This document shows, piece after piece, positions 25,697 through 36,489 of a stretch of DNA of 47,272 nucleotides (position 1 is its first letter; each line of letters begins with the position of its first letter). This stretch comes from Bigelowiella natans CCMP2755 (lineage: Eukaryota; Protista; Cercozoa). The translations under genes and the position numbers were made by a program. The DNA is taken from contig ADNK01001136.1 of the NCBI GenBank assembly GCA_000320545.1, positions 1 through 47,272 of the forward strand, read 5' to 3'. A model generated the notes under the pieces. The model had not been told where the DNA came from. It did no database searches and saw only the letters and a program-made list of their open reading frames with translations.

Positions 25697-27015
25697 ATTT
25701 CGCTCTTTATCATCAAATCGTAGGTTTTGTGCTGCCAAATAACCCTTACGACTTCATCAACTTACGCGTGAAGCTTCCTTCATCATCATCGCCTTCCTCC
25801 TCCTCCTCCTCCCCTCCTCGCCCTTTCAAATCTTGTGAGGTAGTTCAAAAACACACGCAAGCAAGCGACAGCAGAGAACCCCCCCCCCCCCCCCACCCCC
25901 CTCCTACGCAAAAAAAGAAATTCGGTTTTCGGGCAAGTAACACAACATCGCATCGAAGACTATTGATCTCGATGTCCATCATATTCATTGTTATTTCAGG
26001 TGAACGCTGCTGGCAATGTGCCTTTGAGATTCCTAGCTCAAGCAGCGGTCGATAAATATTACACAAATGAATATATGTGTATGTGTGTAAAGAGAGCGTG
26101 TTTTTCCCAGTGTTGCTTTTGTACCGTAAGTTGCGAGGCATATTAACGAGCTCGGATGTCTAGTTCTACTGCGGGGCGTCGTAGCACACCGACCTTTAAA
26201 TTCGCGATTGACAGGCTCTGTTTGTTTACTTTTGGAAAGGCCATACGCTACCCCTCTCTAGATCTTGTTTCCGGTGTTCGAGAGGCGGCCATGTGGGTGC
26301 AGAGAATCCTACAAGGCAAGTGCATTCGAAGACTATTATACAGCGATGATGATGATGGTGGTGATGATGATGATGATGATGATGGTGATGATGTTGATGA
26401 TGATATGATGATAAATCTTACGCGCGATCATGATAGCTGCATGTATGCATAACACAGTGAGCGCATCGTTGTGATGATATAGTTAATTTGTGTGGTTTTT
26501 GCCTTTGCTATCTGCACCCCCCCCCCCCCCCCCCCTTCACTGCAAACCAGATCGCCTTGATTCGTCTCCAACGACCCTCGAGGAAGACATGGAGCTGATG
26601 GGGTCATTAGGCAAAGGTGACGGCAAAGAGTCTCCTGCAGCAGCATCTGTTTTGCAGCTGAAAGTCAATCACAAGCTGCTTCTGGAGAATGCGGTGAGTC
26701 TGCTGCGTGACAAGCGCGCATGCAGATGCACATAGTACATCTAGACACATGACGAAGAACCTATTTCTAATTAGAGCCGAAGAATGTTTGAGAATAGTCA
26801 TCAGAGGTGATCAATTGTCATTGCAACGTGTTGTGTTGGAAATTTCAAATCAGATGGCGCATCTTTCATCTTTGGCTCGGGCGCCGATCTCAGAGGATGA
26901 GGTAAATGAAGCATACATCAAGGGAGAGCTCTCCGACCCTCCATCCCTAGCAGACTACGGCTTGCCCATCGACGACATAGAGATGATCTTGGCTTCTTCA
27001 TCCGACGAAAAATAG
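21950..27015 (+). CDS. SET-domain protein-lysine methyltransferase of the Rubisco-LSMT/SETD3 class, with a signal-like leader
   Basis: Exons give LARWVLDRGG, GRGIVATRDLKSG, YGPYASILP, SLAKVWSRSY, MVPLADLVNHA...KDVKEGEELLITYG, QYFLFYGFVLPNNPYD and a C-terminal PTTLEED segment. First exon MSRDIISKRRYLMPLSAIAACFILLALPLTTK at 21950; stop at 27015. Confidence 0.88.
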
Positions 27016-27345
27016 CCCGCGCTCAGTCCAGCACGCGCATGTGATTTAAGTTTTACATGTTGCCCTTAGTAATAAACGATAATGAGCAGAAAGCTGTTTG
27101 GTAGGTTGTCATTGAAGGCTCACATTATGCAATGCATCGCACTGGCATGGCGGCGCCCATGCTAGCATGCCAAATCGGCACACTCTAGCTACGTGAAAAT
27201 TGCCGCTGGCAAAACTATGTATATATTTAGATGTATCTTGTCCGCCATTCGTAATCATTACTCGAATAGTCGATATTCAATCAAATACTATAGCGATCGA
27301 GCTATTTTCGGACGCATGTGTATTAGGTTGACTGAACGGCTTATA

Positions 27346-27390
27346 TATATGAGACGGATGTAATGAAAGATTTAAATTTTTTCAATGGTC
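27346..27390 (+). repeat. Dispersed ~45-bp element X, copy 2
   Basis: TATATGAGACGGATGTAATGAAAGATTTAAATTTTTTCAATGGTC. Confidence 0.78.
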
Positions 27391-27601
27391 ATCCTGATAT
27401 ATATATATATATATATATATAGAAAATACGATAGTGAATGCACATACACACACAAATGTGCGAGCATACATCATTACCGCAATGTAGCCGCTGCCAAATA
27501 GCTAACCATGGCTACATCAGAATAACAACTATTGAGCAAGTATTTAATCATTTCATTACATTAATAACATCTTGTGTTACTTCGCACATCATCATCTCAT
27601 T

Positions 27602-29590
27602 TCAGCCAACATTAGTCTGGCAACGGTCTCGCGGCCCAGGCAAGTCAGGAAGGTCCCATGTTCCTGCTATCACAGACTGCTGCACCGTGCTTAGCCTTCT
27701 CTCAACGAATAAATCTCTTAATTCGCCTCGCCGCTTCTCGGGCTTTTTGGTGTAGACATCCTGTTTCTTAACCCTGCAGAAGAGGTCTTTCAGCTCGGAG
27801 TCTTTGACATCGGGCTCATCCGCTGTGTCTCGCGCCGATCGTGCGAGTCTAGATTCACAAACATCAGCGCATCAGGTATTCTTCCCTCAAAGCACCGTTG
27901 CAAACGAAATGGCGCGCGAATGGGTTTTTGTTTTTTTAATGTGTCATCGTCGAAAGCTCCCCGGCATTTATACTTTCCCATTTCAAGACGACTTTCTCTG
28001 TGTTCTCTACTCTGCACAACACCGCCTACCCCTCTTGCGCGGCGTCTTTGATCAAGCCCACTGTCATCAGGGCGTCCACGTATCTATTGTTGTTGGTTAA
28101 AACCGACATTAGTGACAACAGCGGCGACGACTAGCAAAACGGTGAATTGAGCCTTACGAAGTGCCAAACACTTCCACGGGATCTTCAAATACTGCCGGAG
28201 GCTGCTCCGCGGCCATTTTCGCCTTTCCATCCGGCTTCCGGTCCGCGCCTTCTTGCTTCACGGTGTCGCAGGCTGCTGAGGTTCGGAGCATCTTCTCGTT
28301 CAGCCTGGCGTCTTTGGCCACGCGGGCGCGGACGCGCGTGCGAATCCAATGGACGAATTCATGGCGTGTGATTGCCCCGCTGCCGCTGCAATGAGTGTGT
28401 CATGTGGAACAAAAGCGTGTGAGTGAAAGTGTCTGCTGCCGGCACGGTCAAAGGCCGGGTTAGTAGTTAACGCCCCCTGATCCTCTGCCCTCCCTACTTC
28501 CAGAAATACGTCACATGTGCATGTACGAGACATGTGCATCCTCATCACCGCACTCGTCTCGGTCGGCTCTGGCAAGAATATCTCCCCTACATATATATGC
28601 GCCGGCATCGGCATCAGCACGACCTGACATTGACGTAGGCGAATGCTTTGTCTAAAATGTGCGCCAAGCGCTCCTCTGGTGACGTGTACGAACGCGACGA
28701 CGGGGCTTTGAATGGGGATGGGGACCCCCGGCGTGAAGATGAGGGCGAGGAGGCCGCCAAATTGTCGAAAAGATTCAAGCATTCAGCCTGTGTTTGTTCA
28801 ATCATCATTCACAAATTGATTACGATGCGATTCGAAAGAATGGTGGTCTTCTTCTTTTGGTTGATTCTCTCCTGTCCTTTCTCGCATTAGCGAGACGATC
28901 GATGATTGGCTGTGGAAGGAAAATAGCGAATGCGAGCGACTGTGGCACTAACACACACACACACGCACACGCATAAACACATACACATACACACATAATG
29001 TACATGTTTTGCGTTATCCGTATTGTGCGTGGGTGCGTGCGTGTGTGTGTTTGTTTGCGTGTGTATATATGTGTACGTATTCATCTTGTGTTTCAACAGG
29101 CACGACAAACAACATACACCCCATTCGGAGCAAAGAAGCTCAAAACTACCAAACGGACGAATTCAGTGGCCTCTAGGCTCCCCGAGCAATCCACATCAAA
29201 CTCGTCAAATTTAAGCGCGGCCCACATCTCAAAGCGATCTACCCGCCCCTCCCCATCGCTGTCGATGTTCTCGAATTGATCCCGGATGCTCTTCAGAAGG
29301 CCGCCTATACGAGCACGTGATGGTGGGCAGGTTGGAAGGGGCAGAGGAGGGCGAGGTCCGTTTTGGTAAAGAATGATTGATTTATTTTCTTTTAATTTAA
29401 AAAAAAAAATGCTTCTTCGCTGATATATGGCGACAACAGAGCAAAACGTATCAGCCGTGTAACGACGTGCCAGATACCGAGATGGACACCTTTTAGATTA
29501 ACTCACACGCCTTAGGGGCTTTTACCCCGAATATCGTTGCAATCCCCAGTTGTCAGATCATTGTCCTCCTTCTCCTCCTCCTCCTCCTCG

Positions 29591-29624
<34 letters not shown>

Positions 29625-31317
29625 TGTACTGACCATCTACAGCGCCAAGCCGCATGAGCGTCATGATCAGGAACCCATTCCAGTCGATTTCGTTGGGTCT
29701 TAGCCCCATCATCGTCCGGAGGAACTGGAGCCGTTTCCGCAGCTCAGGATCGGTTACGCTAGTCTTCAGCTCCTGCTCGCTGGGAAACACTTCCAAAATC
29801 TTTATGATGAGGACGGGGGGGGCGGGGGGAAGGAGTGATTTCATAGATTTAGGCTTGTAAATAGGCATGCCCCTGCTTGTTTGCTACATATATCAACTAC
29901 TACTACTACTACTACTACTAATTGCCAACTACTACTACTAATTGCCAACTACTACTACTATTCAATACCCTTTTGAAGTCCCTCTCCCTAAACGTGTGCG
30001 CAAGTGCAGCAGCAGCATGAAATTCTTTGGCGGTCGCAGCTCTTCTCATGTTCTCGTATAGCCGTGCCTCCGCCCCCGACGCCGCCCAGCCAGAGGCCAG
30101 CTCGATCAGAACGTATCCGTACACCTGAATAGGGGACCGGGGGGTGGGGGGGCGGGGGGAAGAGATGCCGTTCGATAGGTAAATAAGCATCTTGCAATCG
30201 TGTGGTTTTATTCATTGGCAGCACTACCGGTATTCCAACGAGAAGCCAGACGCCAAGGAAGAATATACCTGCGTCCTCTTCGTTTACATCCACATCGGGT
30301 GCCTGTATTGTGTGTGTGTGTGTGTTGTGAACGTTTGCACACGCACGCACGCACGGACAAATGCGTAAGTGCTCTTCTAGTCAGTACTAAATTTTGCTTA
30401 GGGAACTATTTCTGGCAGGGGGAGAGAGACGAAGAGAGACGGAGCAACTCGCTGCAAACCCAGCACACGTGGCCAAACGCGCGGGACGATAATTTCACGA
30501 CGACCATTATTGTCATGATTATCCATATTCCTTTATTTATATTTATATATATACATTATGTTAATATCACTCCCCTCGGCCCATCACCTGCAGGCCGCCG
30601 GTTGAGAGCGCTGAGATGGAGAAATACAATGCCTGAATGAAGGAGTACCTTTCTCTCACCATGCCGAAGACAAGGCCGCATACGACCAACACCACCAGCA
30701 GCCAGCGCGTCCAGAACGCATTCGTGCATTGCAGCATCGGCGGCTGCTCTTGCTCTTCATCGCCATTCCTCTCATCGAAGGCAGCACTCGCGCTTCGACT
30801 CCTTGCTGCTTCACTGTCGTTGGCCGCACAGCAGCAAAATACGCAGTAGAGACAGCTCAAGATGGCGGGCCGCCGCGCGCCGCCGCTGCTGTTGTGCTTT
30901 TGAAATGAGAGGAGCTTTCTCCAGTAATTGTCGGATGACTCCGACGCCAAACTAACCTTGAACCCATTGGAACGGAGAGTTTCGTGCCACTGCGCGTGAT
31001 CATCGACGAATTGCTCAATGAGGAGCTGAGAGATACCAGGAAAGGAGAGGGGGGGGGAGGGTGAGCAGCAGAGGAGGGTGAAGAAGAGAATGAGGGGGTA
31101 TAGGGTGAGGAGAGGAAGGAAGCCGACAGATTGCACAGAATGGGCAGAATTGACTTGATAGCTCTATATGCTCTGACGGCGATTATTATTACCGATAACA
31201 GGTAGATGACGATGCTCGAGCCAATCATCACATGGAATACCGTATAAATTCGCGACCTATCGTCCTCTTCCACGATGGCTCCGAAGCCTACCGACAGACC
31301 TGCCTGCACGATAAATA

Positions 31318-31376
<59 letters not shown>

Positions 31377-32285
31377 ATTAAATATGTAATATATTTAGAC
31401 ATAAATCATCGCGGTCAGTGCGGTTGCAATTTCGACATTCTTTTGTGTTGGAGGATACGCATGCAGGATTGAAATGTTGGATATATCCGAGAAGCAATAC
31501 CTGCACCGCATAGTAGAAAGCAACTGAATATGACCAGTCGTTCATTTCCATATAGAACACCGCACCCAGCAGCATCCATGCAGCCGTGAAGAGAAGGAGC
31601 AGAGAGGTTGTGCCGCAGAACATCCGTTTGCACGCCGCGGTCTGTTCCTTCATCGCTATTTCAAGCCGCATGGACTTCAACCCAGTCCCGGATTTCCCAA
31701 ATCTAAATTTGTTCTCCCCGACATCGAAGGGAACCTTCCTAGCGTCCTTTTCTTGAAGGAATATCATCCTGCCATTCGCTATCGCCCTCGAGTTCGCCTC
31801 TTCGATCTTTCTAAGTTTTGTGCCGACCTTAGAATTCAAGGTCTTTCGATTGAGCGTGTGCTGTCTATGGAACTGGGGCTTTCCTTGACCGGAAAGTCTT
31901 TGCTTTCCCTGACCGGAAAGTCTTTGCTGGAGGGAGGTGCGAGGTGTCATCTGTCTTTTAGCAGAAAGGCCTCTCGCCTTGAGCTCGACGGAAACAATGT
32001 CGGTTTGCGAACGGAATTTCCCCCCTTCATTACTTGTGGAACGCATACGCAAGACGAGAAGGAAGAGAACGGAGAGAGGGTCTGGGCGCCGGGGGGGGAC
32101 GAGCTGATTTGAGCACGAGCACAGATTCTACTAGTTGGCGAAATACGAGCGTAGAGGAAAAAGGAGGAACGGGCTGCTTTTTTTACTTGCGACAACAAGA
32201 CAAAAATAACTCGTAAATTATATGCTGGGTACTTGCATGTCGCAGGTGAAAATCGCCCGTCTATCGTCTTTTTGGAAACGTTCAT
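27602..32285 (-). CDS. Two-pore-domain (TPK/KCO-like) potassium channel with C-terminal EF-hands
   Basis: TM1-P1: AAWMLLGAVFYMEMNDWSYSVAFYYAVQ|AGLSVGFG. TM2: YTVFHVMIGSS. TM3-P2: WLLVVLVVCGLVFGMVRERYSFIQALYFSISALSTGGLQ. TM4: IFFLGVWLLVGIP. TPK-like tail NEIDWNGFLIMTLMRLGAVDGGLLKSIRDQFENIDSDGEGRVDRFE, plus EF loops DVDCSGSLEATE and GSGAITRHE. Start is uncertain (ATG 32285 or 32046); stop inferred at 27602. Confidence 0.85.
32238..32249 (+). promoter_or_regulatory. Candidate promoter motif TGTCGCAGGTGA in the K-channel/MGCGAS head-to-head region
   Basis: Exact match; near-matches at 32183-32194 (reverse, TGTCGCAAGTAA) and 32291-32302 (CGTCACAGGTGA). Confidence 0.5.
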
Positions 32286-32449
32286 TCCTGCGTCACAGGT
32301 GAAAACGGCGAACAGAATCGCCGGGTGATCGCGGAATTGGATAAAACACATGGGATTTTTCACTTACGACAACACTACAAGCTATCCAAATCTAGAAATC
32401 TTAAAAATGTAAAATGATCTATCCACCGGTACATCCGAAGTAGACGTGT

Positions 32450-33778
32450 ATGGGGTGCGGCGCCAGCAACGAGAATAACGGTTCTGATAACCCTTCTCCT
32501 GGGGGAGAGGGGGGGAACAATAAAGATAACGATTTCGCTAAAGGAGGCGTTAAAAACAAGGAGGATGGGGATAAGAACAAGAAGTCCGAAAAGAATGAAG
32601 AGCTCGAACGTAAGCAAGAAGAGGACCTTGAGAGGATTAGGGAAGAGGAGGAGCTGCGACTGAAGCGAGAGGCGGCAAGGGAGATGTTCAGAAATAGGCC
32701 AAAGCAGGCTGAAGAAAAGAAGGATGCGTTGAAGAATTTTCGCTTGAAAGTTAAGGAGACGAAGCCTGGGATGGACAACCTTATCCGCCTTTTCGAAGAG
32801 GAAGTCTGCAACTACGAGTTTCTCGCAGCAACCGGCCTAAACTCAGAGCAGCTGTCGCTTGTTCTCGCGGAAGATTTGACAGATTTCGCTTTGGCTGCGG
32901 CCAAGAAAGAGGCAGCACAGCAGGGGCAAATTATAGATTTGTCTTCAAATGGTGCCGAACTTTTGACGACAGGAAGCGCATCGAAGCTACTCCGAGCTTT
33001 CCGCTGTTGATCGAAACCTGTTTTCCAGGGTTCAAATATGTCTTCAAAGGTGCCACTTTTGTAAAGGGGGAAGATGGAAAGGAATCTCCCATCGAGGAGA
33101 GTATAAGTACTGCCGGAAAGAAGGCGACGCAAGATGCAAGCCAGCCAGAGCGCAAAAAGGCTGCATCAGACGAAAAGAAGCTCTATGACTGGTACCGCTC
33201 CAAGCTACAGGAGCTGGAATTTACGCCAGAATCGGAGGCGAACAAGTTTCTGAACACCGTGGTGTTTTTCGCCGAGGACCTGGCTGTTGTACGGGAGGTA
33301 GAGGCCCTCGCCAGAACGGTGACGAAGACGGCGGGAGAAGCGGAAATCAAAGACCTAAATCACAAGTTCGGTGATGGGCGGCTCAAGCTGCGAAGACTGT
33401 TCAAGGAACATGAAGATCCGCTAAGACCGGCGATCTTAGCCAAAGAGGCCATCCAGCGCATGGTGCGCTATTGGAAGCCGCAATATACCTCTGTGTCGAA
33501 GGCGATTGTTCTCCTGGCGCAGTTCTATGCTTTCGCTAATGATGATCGAGGTCTCCAAGGCTTCGAGCGGATGTGGATCCGAGTTGCACGGTTGTTTGCT
33601 GACGTGTATGAGTGGACGGAACATGAAGGTATCACCACGCGACAAGAGCAATATTCTTGTAGCGATCACCCTCTAGTATCGTTTTGTGTGGGTAATTATA
33701 TACATGTACAATGTAAATATATTTATACAATATATATATATATATATATATATGCTATATATGCTCAATGAATTAATG

Positions 33779-33824
<46 letters not shown>

Positions 33825-34063
33825 GTGTTTCAAAGGAACTCAACAGATTCATGGCAGCGCACAACAGGGCGGTTATAATCATCGGGCGCCTTGGGAGGCA
33901 GGATGTTCTCAAGATATTCGCCAAAACAGACCGCATCATGAATTTGAAGATTGCCTATGAACAAGGGAATAAGTGGCATTTCCCCGACGCGAACAAATTT
34001 GCGTTTAATGACGTCTGGAAGCCTCAGTTCTTTCCGAGCGACTACTCAGGCACAAAGATCTAA
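32450..34063 (+). CDS. Unknown protein (446 aa) with an N-terminal myristoylation/palmitoylation-type motif MGCGAS and a charged coiled-coil segment
   Basis: Three exons, 32450-32951, 33029-33628 and 33825-34063, join in frame (1341 nt including stop) through GT-AG introns. No family recognised. Confidence 0.75.
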
Positions 34064-34449
34064 GTAGGTCCCGGAGCGAAGGGAAGTTCCTTTACGATGG
34101 TACATGATATTCGAAGAGAAGACAGATCATGAATAGTAAAGCTAGGACAGTCTGCAATAGAGCGTGTATCCACACCTGCATGTAGTAGTCGACACAGTGA
34201 GGGAAATTAACACCGAAATGTCCGAATCGCACGACATTCATTTCTGAATGGACTAGCCTGCCTCAAGTATGCATATGCATCTCCGGATGTAGCGTAAGAA
34301 CAGCCATACCCAAGGCGAAAATGAGTACAACAAAAACAATAGAAATGACTTTGTGGTTATGGTAATGATATTAATGAGAATATTAGTAATGCTAATATTA
34401 TAGGCCTTAAACGTACTTGCGATGCAACATTGCTGACACAATGAGCCAT

Positions 34450-34495
34450 GACCATTGAATAAATTTGATTTGATTGATTACATTCGTCTAACAAT
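34450..34495 (-). repeat. Dispersed ~45-bp element X, copy 3 (inverted, more diverged)
   Basis: The reverse strand reads ATTGTTAGACGAATGTAATCAATCAAATCAAATTTATTCAATGGTC. Confidence 0.6.
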
Positions 34496-34930
34496 GCGCC
34501 ATGCACACCATGCAATAAATAAGTGATGACTAAAATCTATTTACGAAGGCGTATGTGCATGGCTGGCCTTCTTATACTATTAGACAGAGGCGTAAAGAAT
34601 TCTATGTAATGTAGCGTAATACATGTCTAGGCTTCATGCAAATACGAGCCCATTATTACGCATTTGTTTCGATTCCATTATCATAATCCACCCTTGTAGA
34701 ATATATGACTTTGCCCTCTAGATGCATGGTAAACAGTTGGCGAGAAGCTATGCTGCTGTTGCCTCGAGTCATCATTTTTTATTTATTAGATATCAATGAC
34801 GCTCCTGTCACTGCTGTGATGAAATTGGTTAAATTCATTCCGAAACCGGATGCATTTCCATACCAAAAAACGAGTCCGCTGAGCTGCAACGAGACAGAAA
34901 ATCTTGTTCTTATCTTGTGCTGATCTTTAT

Positions 34931-35770
34931 TTATGCACACCGTCCGCCGTGGCCATATGGTCTAGTGCAGCGAAGGCCCTCTCTCTTTCCTCCCCGGCGC
35001 ACAATCTTACGACACTTGTTCTGTCTTAACGCGAGATCATTGTCCCTCAACCTCCGAGTCGAGCCTGTTCTTTCAAGCCTCATATTGAAATGGATGTCTC
35101 TCTCTGGATCATATGGCCCCACACAAAGCTCCGGGCAATTGTCTGCAATGCAACGATTGCAAGGAAATTTCTGGTCGTCGACTGCTGAGCACCGCCTCTT
35201 TGCCGTGACACAGTTTGCGCATCCTTTCCGCTTTCTTCGGCGTCTTCTTCTTCGAGGTTGAATACTGCTGATAGCCTCTTTCGTTTCCTTAGTCTCGAAT
35301 CTGCTCGATGATCCCATCACTATCAATGCAGGGACATCAGCTGCCATTGTGGTGCCAGCTGCTTCGAATGGGTTGCATTCTTGACTGGGATCACTGATGC
35401 TCTCCGTTTTGCGGTCACACTTGCTTTCGTCCAGCAGTGGAAGGGAATGGATCGGTGGTGAAGTAAGACTTTCAGGATTCATTTTCTGATCCTCCCCCGA
35501 CAGAGATATTCCACAGGGGTCATCTATGTCGAAGCAGCTAGGTTGCTGGTGCGAGAAACCAGAATCCGATGGCTGTACAGGGAGTACATCCTCAGACGCG
35601 TCAGTCTGGCTGTTCACGGAGCCAAGTATGTTCTCGTTGCCATAGAACATTGGCTCGTCGTTCTGAGTACCGACGGTGATTGCCGTGCTGCAGAAGAAGA
35701 TCGAATCGTCGTCCTGAGTGTTGGCGGTGCCTGCCGTGGCGTTGTTCTCTGGCTGAAGATTGTTGGACAT
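34931..35770 (-). CDS. Zn(II)2Cys6-like DNA-binding protein (putative transcription factor); 5' end uncertain
   Basis: RRRRRKRKG-CANC-VTAKRR-C-SAVDDQKFP-CNRC-IADNCPEL-C (35221-35123) fits Cx2Cx6Cx9Cx2Cx8C. It follows an acidic/Ser-rich region in an intronless 279-aa ORF. Confidence 0.7.
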   Translation of the reverse strand: MSNNLQPENNATAGTANTQDDDSIFFCSTAITVGTQNDEPMFYGNENILGSVNSQTDASEDVLPVQPSDSGFSHQQPSCFDIDDPCGISLSGEDQKMNPESLTSPPIHSLPLLDESKCDRKTESISDPSQECNPFEAAGTTMAADVPALIVMGSSSRFETKETKEAISSIQPRRRRRRRKRKGCANCVTAKRRCSAVDDQKFPCNRCIADNCPELCVGPYDPERDIHFNMRLERTGSTRRLRDNDLALRQNKCRKIVRRGGKREGLRCTRPYGHGGRCA

Positions 35771-35940
35771 AGGGGGCAGTAAGGCGTTGTAATACAGACG
35801 TAGTTCTTTCGAAGTGTTAGTCTATTAGATCGATGTTTGGATTCTGTCCGCCCCAAAGCCGAAGTCATACTCCACTCGCCGGCTCCGGACCTTGGGAGCT
35901 GGTGCTGGTGCTCTGGAAGCAAGGCGAGAATCTGTTTAAG

Positions 35941-36232
35941 ACTGAGTTTATTTGTCGCAGGTAAGAAATCCATGCCTTTTTTCCTTTCGAACTCTAGCCG
36001 AAATCTGAACTGAGCTCCGGAAGGATGCTCCAGTAAGCTGCGGAGTGGAAACTGTCGTAGAAAAAAGTGCTCTGGCTAAGCTCAAAGACTGATTTTGATT
36101 GTCGCAGGTAAGAAATCCATGCCTATTTAAAATTCGAACTCAAGCCGAAATCTGAACTGAACTCCGGAAGGATACTCCATAGCTGCGGAGTGGAAACTGT
36201 CGAGGACAAAAAGTGCCCTGGCTAAGCTCTAA
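35941..36232. repeat. Tandem duplication, two ~147-bp units
   Basis: 35941-36087 and 36088-~36232 share TTGTCGCAGGTAAGAAATCCATGCCT...GCCGAAATCTGAACTGA.CTCCGGAAGGAT...GCTGCGGAGTGGAAACTGTCG...CTGGCTAAGCTC. Confidence 0.9.
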
Positions 36233-36489
36233 AAGAAACACGTGAATTTCTTTGTCGTTGATACTGAAATTATCTGCGTTTCCGCAATAACAACTACTAT
36301 GCAAACAGTAAGATCGTTGGACAGACAACGTGATGGATAATCGATGGAAAATACACTGGTATTGGCTACTGAGACATAATGTAAGAGTTTTTTTTGCAAA
36401 AATAAGATGCAAACGGTACTCTGCTGTGCTCGATGCCGTTTTGGAACAGGCTCTTAAGAAGAGAGCTTGTGAGTCAACTCAAAGCCGAA

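Larger units (their letters stand above)
226..33824. repeat. Very dense microsatellites, (TA)n, (CA)n, (GA)n, (CG)n, (CAT)n, (TAG)n and C/G runs, mostly intronic
   Basis: Directly visible, e.g. (TA)n at 236-266 and 766-795, (CAT)n at 355-385, (CA)n at 420-450, (TAG)n at 4206-4235 and 4358-4387. Present in the larger introns of the housekeeping genes. Confidence 0.95.

Noticed and set aside
304-31472. Numerous ORFs with YIYIYI, HTHTHT, CVCVCV or poly-H/M/D runs
   Set aside because: They are stop-free translations of intronic microsatellites.
31883-31930. 24-bp tandem repeat (QRLSGQGK x2) in the K-channel N-terminus; 20-bp repeats at ~2870 and ~29915
   Set aside because: Ordinary short slippage duplications with no further structure.
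35941-36232. Spliced-leader RNA gene array (CAG|GTAAG plus a GATTTTGA Sm-like site)
   Set aside because: Only two units; the Sm-like site is present in one position only; the proposed leader is not seen as a conserved ~20-nt exon elsewhere. Local duplication is the simpler explanation.
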